From Bacteroidales bacterium (GTDB taxonomy: Bacteria; Bacteroidota; Bacteroidia; Bacteroidales; P3), in contig JAFZPH010000019.1 in assembly GCA_017550405.1 (NCBI GenBank), forward strand, positions 35,075-99,074: 64,000 bases of DNA. The letters run 5' to 3'. Under the pieces are notes generated by a model. That model did not search any database. It was given only the letters and a program-made list of their open reading frames with translations, and had not been told where the DNA came from. Made by a program: the position numbers and the translations under genes. This document shows positions 16,980 through 26,601 of the stretch, piece after piece (positions within the stretch are counted from its first letter, which is position 1; each line of letters opens with the position of its first letter).

Positions 16980-19900
16980 ATGAGCACCAAATTCTTCAAC
17001 AATATAGAGACGACGCTGATGGACAAGTTCCACGGCATCGCCACAGCAATGGCCAACTTCGACATCTTTCATGCCGTAGTTGGCTATTTCCGTTCTTCGG
17101 GCTATTTCAAACTGCGCAAGGAACTGGAGAACGTGAAAGAGATACGCATCCTTGTAGGTATTGATATTGACAATCTTTTCCGTCAGTCGCAGGCGGCGGG
17201 CAAGCTGTTCTTCGGTGACCGCGATGCCACAATAGAGCAGTATGCTGAGGCTTTTCTGCGCGACGTGAAAGAATCCGATTACGACACCGAGGTTGACCGC
17301 GGTATACGGCAATTCTGCAAAGACATCGAGAGCGGCAGACTTGCGTTGCGTGCTCACCCTTCGCGCGACCTGCACGCCAAGTTCTACCTCTGTCTGCCCC
17401 AAGGGCATAATCCCAACAGCGACGGTTGGGTGATTATGGGCAGCAGCAACCTCAGCGCCCAGGGACTCGGAGCTACCGAGCCACCCAGATATGAGCTCAA
17501 TGTGGCAATGAAGGACTACGATGATGTGAGCTATTGCGAGGGCGAATTTCAACGACTGTGGAACGAAGGTCTGCCTGTCACCTTCGACGATGTGAGTCGG
17601 ATTATCAATAAGACCCACCTTGCTCCGGACGAGCAGCAGCCTACCCCCTACGAGCTTTATATGCGGATGATGATTGACCATTTTGGCACTCAGGTGGAGG
17701 ATGATTTTGTTCCCCTGCTGCCCGACGGCTACGACAATCTCACCTATCAGCGTGATGCTGTAGTGCAGGGCTACGACATCATGATGCGTCATGGCGGATG
17801 CTTTATCGCCGACGTGGTCGGTTTGGGCAAGACGGTTGTCGCCGCCATGATAGCGCAGCGTTTCATTGCCGCCAACGGCGACAGCACCCGCATACTGGTT
17901 ATCTTCCCGCCCGCAGTGCGCAGCAACTGGGTGGAGACCTTCAAGGATTTCAATATCCGCAACAAGTACAGCCACTTCGTCAGTAATGGCAGTTTGGACA
18001 AGGTGATTGCGGGAGCGGACAACTTAAGCCAACCGGGCTACTACGACCTGATTATTGTCGACGAGGCGCATAACTTCCGTCACGACAGTACCGGCAACTA
18101 CGACCTCTTGCAGCGTATCTGCAAGGCACCTCGACTCAACGGCGGCAACGTGTCGGGCGATAAGCGGGTGCTGTTGCTTTCGGCCACACCTTTGAACAAC
18201 ACTCCCGAAGATATAAAGAACCAGTTGTTGCTTTTTCAGGACACCGCCCGCTGCACGTTGGACGGAATAGGCAACATAGCCGACACCTTTGCCCCTTGGG
18301 TAAAGGAGCACAAGACCCTGATGTCGCAGCGGAGGGTGCTAAGTACCGAGATGTTGACCAAGCGCATCGATGCCATCAATCAGGAGATGCGGCATGTGGT
18401 GTTGGAGAAGGTGATGGTGCGCCGAACACGCAGCAACATACAGCATGAACCGCGGTACAGCGGTGAAATCCATTTCCCCGAATTGCTCGACCCCACCGTA
18501 CGCACCTATGAGATGACACCCCATGTCTACGAACTCTTCTACGAGACTTACCGCGCATTGGTTGCTGGAAAGAATAGCGATGCCGACAAGGAAGGCTCTT
18601 CGGGAGATAGTGCAACAGGACTGACTTATGCCCGCTACCGTGCCGTGGAGTACTGCCCTAAATACATCAAAGCCAACGGTGGCAAGGCCAAACAGGTGGC
18701 CGACCAGCTGGCAGCCATCTATCAGACCCACATGGTCAAGCGGTTGGAGAGTAGCTTCTATGCTTTCAAACGTTCATTGCACACCCTGCTGCAAGCCACC
18801 CTTGGCATGATAAAGATGTTTGAAGAAGACAAGGTGATTATCGCACCCGAGTTGAATGTGAAGAAACTACAGTCGGACGGCATGGAATTGGATGCCATCA
18901 TCGAGTTGGCACTGAACAAGGGCTACGACCAGGACGAGATACTATATAGGGCAGCGGATTTCAATCCCGAATTCCTGCCCATGCTCCAAGATGATGCAGC
19001 CTTGCTTGGTGCACTCTGCAAGCAATGGGATGCAGTGGATGAAGACTCGAAATTAGACCGTTTTATCGAGATGCTACAGGGTGAGTTGTTCGAAACCGAC
19101 ACCAATCCGACAGGCAAGCTGGTGGTCTTCTCCGAGAGTGTAGACACGGTGAATTACCTCGAGGAAGAATTGAAGAAACGGTTGCACCGTGATGATATAC
19201 TGGCTGTTTTCTCCAAGAATAGAAACAGGTTGCGCGAGACCGTCAGGGCCAATTTCGATGCCAACTACAAGGGAGAGGCCGTTGATGACTACAATATCAT
19301 CATCACCAGCGACGTGTTGGCGGAGGGCGTAAACCTGCACCGGGCAAATGTGGTAGTGAACTACGACAGCCCGTGGAACGCCACACGACTGATGCAGCGC
19401 ATTGGTCGTGTGAACCGTATCGGGTCGAAAGCACCGGTGATATACAATTATATGTTCTACCCTTCCGACCCGGGCGACAAGATTATCAGCCTGAAGAAGA
19501 ATTCGCTTATCAAGCTGCAGAGTTTCCATTCGGCATTGGGCGAAGACACCCGCATCTATTCCCACGAAGAGATGGTGCATGAGTTTCACCTCTTCAATTC
19601 AGATATGCAGGACGACACCGACCGCAGTCTGGAACTGTTGCGCGAAGTGAGGAGGCTGCACGACAGCAACCCTGCCCTATACCGACGCATCAAGCAGCTG
19701 CCCTGCAAGAGCCGTTGCGCCAGGGATACGAAAAATAACACATTACCACAATCACAAATTCACACAATCACCTATCTCTCTTCCCCGAAGAAGAAAGCCT
19801 TCTATCTTGTGGGGGAACATATCCGCGAGCTCTCTTTCTTAGAGGCAGCCACCATCATGAAGGCAGAGCTGGATGAGCACGCGGTGCCATTTGGTGACAA

Positions 19901-20321
19901 TATGGCACTGCACTACGAACAGGTGCGGAGTGCGATGGCGCAATACACAATCGACCAGCAACGGCAACATCAAGAGGACAAACCCAAGATTGGCAGCAAG
20001 GATAACGACGCTAAAAAGGCGGCTGCTTTCCTGCGCGATGTGCGTCCCTCCCTGCCTGACGACGAGGCCCGCAAAACGGTGGATGTGCTGAAAGCACTGG
20101 TGGAACGGGGTAAGTACAACCAGTTGGCCGACAACCTCAACCGATTGTCGAGGAAGCACAAGAAGAGTCCGCTGCCTATCATCGAGATAGTGGAACAATT
20201 GGAAGAACTGAAAGCCCGATATTCCCATCCCGATAAAGAGACACCGACCCAGACAAGTGCCGGTATCACTGCCGACATAATCCTCAGCGAGACCTTCTTT
20301 TGTTATCCGTTGATAAGTTGA
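16980..20321 (+). CDS. PLD-family nuclease domain fused to an SNF2/DEAD-like helicase (restriction or defence subunit)
   Basis: N-terminal HxK...GSxN motif (DLHAKFYL...IMGSSNLSAQG). Helicase motifs VVGLGKT, IIVDEAHNFR, LLLSATPLNN and QRIGRVNRIG. I chose the ATG at 16980 (MSTKFFNNIE...) because the upstream part of the ORF does not look protein-like. Confidence 0.8.
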   Translation: MSTKFFNNIETTLMDKFHGIATAMANFDIFHAVVGYFRSSGYFKLRKELENVKEIRILVGIDIDNLFRQSQAAGKLFFGDRDATIEQYAEAFLRDVKESDYDTEVDRGIRQFCKDIESGRLALRAHPSRDLHAKFYLCLPQGHNPNSDGWVIMGSSNLSAQGLGATEPPRYELNVAMKDYDDVSYCEGEFQRLWNEGLPVTFDDVSRIINKTHLAPDEQQPTPYELYMRMMIDHFGTQVEDDFVPLLPDGYDNLTYQRDAVVQGYDIMMRHGGCFIADVVGLGKTVVAAMIAQRFIAANGDSTRILVIFPPAVRSNWVETFKDFNIRNKYSHFVSNGSLDKVIAGADNLSQPGYYDLIIVDEAHNFRHDSTGNYDLLQRICKAPRLNGGNVSGDKRVLLLSATPLNNTPEDIKNQLLLFQDTARCTLDGIGNIADTFAPWVKEHKTLMSQRRVLSTEMLTKRIDAINQEMRHVVLEKVMVRRTRSNIQHEPRYSGEIHFPELLDPTVRTYEMTPHVYELFYETYRALVAGKNSDADKEGSSGDSATGLTYARYRAVEYCPKYIKANGGKAKQVADQLAAIYQTHMVKRLESSFYAFKRSLHTLLQATLGMIKMFEEDKVIIAPELNVKKLQSDGMELDAIIELALNKGYDQDEILYRAADFNPEFLPMLQDDAALLGALCKQWDAVDEDSKLDRFIEMLQGELFETDTNPTGKLVVFSESVDTVNYLEEELKKRLHRDDILAVFSKNRNRLRETVRANFDANYKGEAVDDYNIIITSDVLAEGVNLHRANVVVNYDSPWNATRLMQRIGRVNRIGSKAPVIYNYMFYPSDPGDKIISLKKNSLIKLQSFHSALGEDTRIYSHEEMVHEFHLFNSDMQDDTDRSLELLREVRRLHDSNPALYRRIKQLPCKSRCARDTKNNTLPQSQIHTITYLSSPKKKAFYLVGEHIRELSFLEAATIMKAELDEHAVPFGDNMALHYEQVRSAMAQYTIDQQRQHQEDKPKIGSKDNDAKKAAAFLRDVRPSLPDDEARKTVDVLKALVERGKYNQLADNLNRLSRKHKKSPLPIIEIVEQLEELKARYSHPDKETPTQTSAGITADIILSETFFCYPLIS

Positions 20322-20397
20322 TAAGTTTATACGGCTCGCATCATATCAACAAATCAAATCAACATAAACATTAACATATAATTTAATCCAACCACTT

Positions 20398-23300
20398 ATG
20401 AACACCGAGACACTGCGACAGATATTCCAGTCGCCATTCAACTACCCTTTATTCAGTCGTGAGATAGTACATGGCATTTTCGGCTGCAACGATGTGCAGT
20501 CCCAACCCGAACTGATAGACACATCTTCTTTGGGTGACAGCAGCTATTATGTTGGACAGATGGAAGACTGCGAGAGTCGTCTGCTGGGTTTCTTCTATAC
20601 CCGTGTGGCGGAGGGCAGCGACGTGCGCCGCAAGCGCGTAGGATTGAGAAAACTGATACAGCCGTATCTGCGGTATGAGGTGGATGCTGCCATTGCGGTA
20701 TTCGACGATGGGCAGCATTGGCGGCTGTCGTATATCTGCGACCATAAAGAGGGAACAACGTCGGCCAAACGATTTTCTTACGTGTTGGGTGACAAGCAGG
20801 GACAGTACAAGACCCCTTTGGAGCGGTTGGACAGAGTGGCAGCAAAGGCAGGTCATTTTAAGATGGATGACCTTCGGGATGCCTTCTCGGTAGATGCACT
20901 CAGCAAGGAGTTCTTCGATGAGTATCACCGTCACTATGACCGCATCTGTGATTATATTATCCACTCACACATTAACACATTAACGCAATTACACATTCAT
21001 GATTATGTGAAGAAAATGATGGGGCGTATTGTGTTTTTGCATTTCCTGCAGAAGAAAGGCTGGCTGAATGACGACCAAGAGTTTCTAAGCAAACTATTCT
21101 TCTTGAGTCCATACAAGCAGGATTTCCTTGAACAAGAATTAGAGCCACTCTTCTTTGGTATATTCAACACCGAGCCAGACAAACGCGAACAACTGTTTCA
21201 CCAAGAGCTCTGGGATCTGCGGTGGTTAGCGGAATGGGAAAAACTGCCCTATTTGAATGGCGGTTTGTTTGAGCGCGATGAGGTGGACAAAATGAAGATT
21301 AAACTGCCTGCATCATTATTTGAGAATCTGTTTAAGTTTATGGCCTCGTACAACTTCACCATTGATGAGAACGACCCCGACGATGCAGATATTGGAATTG
21401 ACCCCGAGATGCTGGGCAAGATCTTTGAGAGCCTGTTGGAGGACAACAAAGCCAAAGGTGCATTCTATACCCCCAAGGAGATAGTGCGCTACATGTGCAA
21501 AGAGAGCCTGATAGCCTATCTGAATAGTAAAGTGAATAGTGATGAGGTGAATAGTGAATCGAAAGAAAATCAAATCACTAATCACGATTCACTCGTCACT
21601 GCCGTAAGGCAATTTGTTGAGCAGCATGAATTCCCCGAGGAGTTGGAGCCTTATCGCGAAGTGTTAGATACCGCCTTGCGGAATGTGAAGATATGCGACC
21701 CCGCCATCGGCAGCGGTGCCTTCCCGATGGGCTTGCTGAATGAGCTGTGGCGTTGCCGTGAAGCATTGGGAGAAAGGGCTACCAGCCCGTCACAGATGGG
21801 ATCACAGGCCACAGGCCTGTCACAGGCTGGAAGCCTGTGCTCCAAAGAAGGACAAGCTGGAAACTTGTACCCCTATTCCCGCGCAGCCCTCAAACGAGAG
21901 ATCATCGAGAATAACATCTATGGAGTAGACATTGAGAAAGGTGCCATCGACATCGCCCGCCTGCGCTTCTGGCTCTCCATTGTTGTCGATGCTGAGAAAC
22001 CGGAGCCCTTGCCCAACTTCGACTACAAGTTTATGCAGGGCAACAGCCTTATTGAGAGCTTTGGGGGATACGACCTCAGCCATATCATGGACAAGAAAGT
22101 TGAAAGGAATGGAAAAACATATTATCAACGTCGAATAGGAGGAAAAGAGACCGTCCAAGTGTCTATGGATTTCTTCTCCAATGATACAAGACAGAACCTC
22201 AGAATCTGGCTGAAGAGATATTTCACGCTTACCAATCACCATGAGAAAACAGAGTACCGAAAGCGCATCAACGAAAGTGTGAAGAGTTACATAAAACAAC
22301 AAGGCATCGGACCTTCTGCCGAGACCAAATTAGACACCCTCGACCCCTCAGCAAACCAAGACTTCTTCCTCTGGCACACATGGTTCAAAGACATCTTTGA
22401 TAACGGTGGATTTGATATTGTGATTGGAAATCCTCCTTACATCAACGTTGAAAATCTTGATGAAAAGACAAAAGTTTATCTTTTTACGCATTATTCCACA
22501 TGTCAAGGACGCACAGATATTTATATTGGATTTATTGAGAAGGCAATAGCATTAATGAACAATAATGGTGTGACCTCTTTCATTATCCCTTATTCATACA
22601 CTAATCAAAATTATGGAGAACTCTCTCGTAAAATGTTAGCCGAGAAATATTCCATTGATGAGATTGTTGATACCTCCAACTACTATGTTTTTGACAATGC
22701 AGTGGTAAAAAACATTATCATCCGTTTTGGGAAAAGAAAGGGCGATTTCACATTGATTAGAATTGCTGATAATAAAGAATGTTTTGAGCAAGCAAATTTC
22801 GGGAATAGAAGACTGCCTACAAAAACTTTCCTTCAATTAAAGAATTGCCGAATAGAGACAAAACCTTTCGAAAATATATTGGGAATAAAAGAAAATATTG
22901 AAAAGGCATCAATAAGACTAGGAAAAATCTATTTGGTCGCATATGGAGTACGTGTCAATAACAAATATGATAAAAACAAGCCCAAAAACTATTATATTCA
23001 CGACACGCCTCAGGCGCAGTATAAGAAATTTACTGAGGGGAAATGCATAGATAGATATACATTTACACAATATGGATGGCTTAATTATTGTCCGAATGAA
23101 CATTATAATTCCATGTTTCCAGAATTGTTCGAAAATGAGAAACTGATGTTTATCAATGTTGTATCAAAAGGGCTAAGATTTGCATATGATAACGATGGCT
23201 ATTATAATAGTCATACGGTAGTGAACTGCGTGAATATATCAAAGCTTACAAAAGTAACCCATCCAACAGCAAAGAAAGCAATTAAAGAAGGAAATGTTAT

Positions 23301-23604
23301 TCTAGCAAAAAATTACTCCACAAAATTTGTGCTTGGACTAATTAACTCTAAACTTATTAACTGGTATTTCATGCAATTCCAGAGTGAGGGTTTGCATTGT
23401 TATCCAGATGATGCAAAACAATTCCCTATCATAAAAGTCACTCCAGAGCAACAGCAACCTATTATAAATCTAGTTGATCAAATTCTCGAAAAGAAGCGAG
23501 ACTTTCCTAATGCCAATACATCTGCATTGGAACAAGAAATCGACAAATTAGTTTACCAACTCTACAACCTCACTCCCGAAGAAATCGCTGTGATAGAGCA
23601 ATAA
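20398..23604 (+). CDS. Eco57I-like gamma-class N6-adenine DNA methyltransferase with a TaqI-like C-terminal target-recognition domain
   Basis: Motif I DPAIGSGAFPMG, motif IV GNPPY (22429-22440) and TRD-like GLINSKLINWYF. 1068 aa. Confidence 0.85.
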   Translation: MNTETLRQIFQSPFNYPLFSREIVHGIFGCNDVQSQPELIDTSSLGDSSYYVGQMEDCESRLLGFFYTRVAEGSDVRRKRVGLRKLIQPYLRYEVDAAIAVFDDGQHWRLSYICDHKEGTTSAKRFSYVLGDKQGQYKTPLERLDRVAAKAGHFKMDDLRDAFSVDALSKEFFDEYHRHYDRICDYIIHSHINTLTQLHIHDYVKKMMGRIVFLHFLQKKGWLNDDQEFLSKLFFLSPYKQDFLEQELEPLFFGIFNTEPDKREQLFHQELWDLRWLAEWEKLPYLNGGLFERDEVDKMKIKLPASLFENLFKFMASYNFTIDENDPDDADIGIDPEMLGKIFESLLEDNKAKGAFYTPKEIVRYMCKESLIAYLNSKVNSDEVNSESKENQITNHDSLVTAVRQFVEQHEFPEELEPYREVLDTALRNVKICDPAIGSGAFPMGLLNELWRCREALGERATSPSQMGSQATGLSQAGSLCSKEGQAGNLYPYSRAALKREIIENNIYGVDIEKGAIDIARLRFWLSIVVDAEKPEPLPNFDYKFMQGNSLIESFGGYDLSHIMDKKVERNGKTYYQRRIGGKETVQVSMDFFSNDTRQNLRIWLKRYFTLTNHHEKTEYRKRINESVKSYIKQQGIGPSAETKLDTLDPSANQDFFLWHTWFKDIFDNGGFDIVIGNPPYINVENLDEKTKVYLFTHYSTCQGRTDIYIGFIEKAIALMNNNGVTSFIIPYSYTNQNYGELSRKMLAEKYSIDEIVDTSNYYVFDNAVVKNIIIRFGKRKGDFTLIRIADNKECFEQANFGNRRLPTKTFLQLKNCRIETKPFENILGIKENIEKASIRLGKIYLVAYGVRVNNKYDKNKPKNYYIHDTPQAQYKKFTEGKCIDRYTFTQYGWLNYCPNEHYNSMFPELFENEKLMFINVVSKGLRFAYDNDGYYNSHTVVNCVNISKLTKVTHPTAKKAIKEGNVILAKNYSTKFVLGLINSKLINWYFMQFQSEGLHCYPDDAKQFPIIKVTPEQQQPIINLVDQILEKKRDFPNANTSALEQEIDKLVYQLYNLTPEEIAVIEQ

Positions 23605-23631
23605 AAGAAGGAGTATTACGTTATAAAAAAT

Positions 23632-24576
23632 ATGAAGCATAAGCCTAAAGATAATATATTAGAATCTTTGGATAGGAATTGCCTAACAACACCGCGCTCA
23701 GGTTCTTTTTTGCAAGATCTAGTAAATCTTTGTGAAAAAATGAATGATGAGATGTTGTTTGAACTAATCCCCATCAGACTAGTGGCATATTTAGAAGATA
23801 TGTTGCGGTTGAAATATGAACTTGTACTAAGACAGCCTGGAAAGCTAAAGAGTGTGTATGAACAAAACAAAAAGAAACTTGCCATTGATTCTGCCGAACT
23901 AATTGACGGTACCCTTCCTTTAAGTTTACAAATCGCCTATTCTTTTGGTTGCAATAATTTGAACGAGATCCTTGATAATATTAAAACTCTAACAAACATT
24001 GATTTAAATAAATTATGTGCTGATAAAATGGGAGACGATACCTGGATAAAAACACGAATATCTATTGATAGTATGTTCAATTTTAGACATAGGTTGTGCC
24101 ATGAATCAGGACATGGATTATGCATTTCTAAAGATTGTGCTCGGACCTGGATACAAGATGTGGGATTGTTGCTAAATTTAATAGACATTGCAATAGTCAA
24201 TACTGTTTATAAAGACTATCATTTCTTCAAAGAAAGTGATAAATCAAACAAGGACATTGACAGTGTGTTAGATGAAAACATTCAAAATGCTCAAAAGTTA
24301 TTTTATGATTCCGAAAAAAATCTTGATGATATTCTGCAACTATCTATAACTGATAATCAATATCCTAAAAGAATACCTAATTTGGATTATATATCAAAAT
24401 GGAAAGAATATAGAGATAAGAGAGTGGAGAGTGAAAACTTTTTCCCTATTGGCTCTAAACAAAATGTATTGTATACTTTGAAAGAAAAAACAACCTACAA
24501 TAACACTCTATATAATGAATTAAAAATTAGGTATAGGGATTTTATTAACTATGCCACAATTAATAAAATCATGTAA
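23632..24576 (+). CDS. Hypothetical protein with an RxxxxH (HEPN-like) motif
   Basis: 314 aa, AT-rich, 27 nt after the methyltransferase stop. It carries the motif FNFRHRLCHESGHG. The C-terminal WKEYRDKRVE is reminiscent of DUF1311, but that is weak. Confidence 0.6.
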   Translation: MKHKPKDNILESLDRNCLTTPRSGSFLQDLVNLCEKMNDEMLFELIPIRLVAYLEDMLRLKYELVLRQPGKLKSVYEQNKKKLAIDSAELIDGTLPLSLQIAYSFGCNNLNEILDNIKTLTNIDLNKLCADKMGDDTWIKTRISIDSMFNFRHRLCHESGHGLCISKDCARTWIQDVGLLLNLIDIAIVNTVYKDYHFFKESDKSNKDIDSVLDENIQNAQKLFYDSEKNLDDILQLSITDNQYPKRIPNLDYISKWKEYRDKRVESENFFPIGSKQNVLYTLKEKTTYNNTLYNELKIRYRDFINYATINKIM

Positions 24577-24586
24577 TAAATAATTT

Positions 24587-25300
24587 ATGGACTTGAAGAA
24601 AAACTTATTTAAACTCAAAAAAAATTGGTGGAAAATACTATTATTTATTTTTTTGATAAGTATTATCCCCGTTTCCCTAAATATTGTTTTAGGCTCAAAT
24701 AATCCATTTCATCGATTTTCCATTATTGGAGACCCTAAAGATTGGCTGACATTTTGGGGAGTATATTTGGGATCAATTGGGACCTTAATTATGGCTGTAA
24801 TTGCATTCAGTTCTCTTAAACAAAACGACCTTCTTGCCAAACAAAATGAAGATCAACTAAAAGAAATAAAACGACAATGGGAAGAGCAGAATAGAGCAAG
24901 GTTATCATGCTCCTTGGCGATAGGAAAAGACTGTATATACATTGAAATTAAAAACATTGCGTCTGTGCCAGCCCACAATGTTAATGTCTCGCTTGAAGAT
25001 TATACGGAAGAGAAAGGAATTTATGAATTTGATACCCTATGTGACCATCTAGCAAAAATACGTTTTGAAATATCACCATTTGAGATAAAACAGATTCCTG
25101 TATGGGGTGTGTCGCCATATGTTGATGGTAAATATGGTGGATATTTGGCTGTAATACTATCGTATAATGGTGTCTCGGAGACTTTTAATTTATATCTTGA
25201 GGAAATTAACGTAACAGCTTGGAAATATTATACACGAGATGTGTGTGACAGCCTAAAGAATATTAATTCGACAATTGATGAAATAAAAAGAAAAATCTAA
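24587..25300 (+). CDS. Hypothetical 2-TM membrane protein
   Basis: 237 aa, 10 nt after the previous stop. Hydrophobic helices WWKILLFIFLISIIPVSLNIVLG and FWGVYLGSIGTLIMAVIAF are followed by a soluble domain. Confidence 0.6.
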   Translation: MDLKKNLFKLKKNWWKILLFIFLISIIPVSLNIVLGSNNPFHRFSIIGDPKDWLTFWGVYLGSIGTLIMAVIAFSSLKQNDLLAKQNEDQLKEIKRQWEEQNRARLSCSLAIGKDCIYIEIKNIASVPAHNVNVSLEDYTEEKGIYEFDTLCDHLAKIRFEISPFEIKQIPVWGVSPYVDGKYGGYLAVILSYNGVSETFNLYLEEINVTAWKYYTRDVCDSLKNINSTIDEIKRKI

Positions 25301-25371
25301 CTGACATGACCCGACTTCCGACCATAACGATGTTTAAAAGTAAAAATATCCGAGGCCACTGTGGCAGACTT

Positions 25372-25450
25372 GGAAATTGAAAAGTGAAAGTCGAAAAGTG
25401 AAAAAGGGTGTTCGCTGAGGGACCTATACAAATTGAAAATTGAAAAGAAG
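25372..25450. repeat. Cassette-boundary repeat array R1 (1 unit plus partial units)
   Basis: (GAAAAGT)n-like words flank the core GTGTTCGCTGAGGGAC (25408-25423). Confidence 0.8.
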
Positions 25451-25538
25451 GTTTCTGAGAATCCATTGGAGGATATTCTCACCTGAAACCTTTCCTTGCA
25501 CATATTGATGCACAAGTAGATAACTATAGACATTAGAT

Positions 25539-26600
25539 TTACTTCAACGTCATTTGCAAACCCTTGTACAGATAGAAGAACGCCTTGGGGTTAGTCTTCT
25601 TTAGTTTGTTAAGCTTGGTGTATTCATACTCCGCGATTGTCCAATGAGCTATTTCTGCGTTGTGGGAAGGTGTATATTTCTCAATCTTTGGAGACTGTGT
25701 CATCAACGAGGCGGCCAGATAGTAGGTCTTGGCGGCAAAAAGGATGGCTTTTTCTATATGGAATGATTCTGAAAAGATGTGGTTGGCCACCTGTTTTATA
25801 CCTAACAAGAGAGTATCGAAGTCTGTTCCTTTATGGCTGCATCGGAAACAGATGGAGAGAGCATTGTCCATCGTGTCGCTAAGCACATCGTCAACAGTGC
25901 AAGACATATTATGGTACAACAATTCTTTTTCAGCTATTCGACGATAGGTTGAGTTGATGGCGAGCAAATCATCGGCCTTGTCGAAGAGGCGTCCGATGTC
26001 ATACAACTGCTTGATTATCTCCATCCCGCAGCTGTTGTAGCCTTTCTTGTAGGGAATGCCTATGGTTCGTGGTGCAAAGGCAGTCATCTTGTCGGCAAGG
26101 AGATTGTTGTAGTCGGGAACCTTTACCATAACATCAGGCGTTTCGGTGTCGATAAAGTCATTGGCGACAGGTTGGTCAAGAAGTACAGTATAAGGATTCT
26201 CCTCGAACAGCACGTCGAGTAGTATGGAGGCCTCCTTGTCTTCTACTACTGAGTGGTAGTAGAATTTGTAATGCTTCGCAGGGATGTCGCCCGTTGAGGC
26301 ACGTTGTTGGCACTCAAAACGGGTGAATCCATTGCTGTCACAGATTGAATGGAGAATAGCGTCGATGTCGTTGTACCGTGGAGACACTATGATGTCAATG
26401 TCTATAGAAAGGCGATGCGGCTTTTGAAACATCAGCATTAGGGCAGTTCCTCCTTTGAAGACAAACGGAAGCGAGGAATTTGCAAGACCTTCGAGCAAAG
26501 CTAAAGCCCGGATGGCTTTCTCGACCAGAATGCGGTCGGCTTTGTTTTCTTTGGATACCTTGCATATCCAATCGTGGGTGAAAGAACTTGGTTTTATCAT
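25539..26600 (-). CDS. abiEii: Nucleotidyltransferase AbiEii/AbiGii-family toxin
   Basis: FKGGTALMLMF...RLSIDIDIIV nucleotidyltransferase motifs. 353 aa, immediately downstream of an AbiEi-like gene. Confidence 0.8.
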   Translation of the reverse strand: MIKPSSFTHDWICKVSKENKADRILVEKAIRALALLEGLANSSLPFVFKGGTALMLMFQKPHRLSIDIDIIVSPRYNDIDAILHSICDSNGFTRFECQQRASTGDIPAKHYKFYYHSVVEDKEASILLDVLFEENPYTVLLDQPVANDFIDTETPDVMVKVPDYNNLLADKMTAFAPRTIGIPYKKGYNSCGMEIIKQLYDIGRLFDKADDLLAINSTYRRIAEKELLYHNMSCTVDDVLSDTMDNALSICFRCSHKGTDFDTLLLGIKQVANHIFSESFHIEKAILFAAKTYYLAASLMTQSPKIEKYTPSHNAEIAHWTIAEYEYTKLNKLKKTNPKAFFYLYKGLQMTLK

Positions 26601-26601
26601 C

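Noticed and set aside
16980-23604. Class 1 DISARM, given an SNF2 helicase, an adenine methyltransferase and a PLD domain.
   Set aside because: There is no DrmA-like helicase or DrmB (DUF1998) gene nearby, and the PLD domain is fused to the SNF2 protein instead of being separate. The locus is DISARM-like at most.
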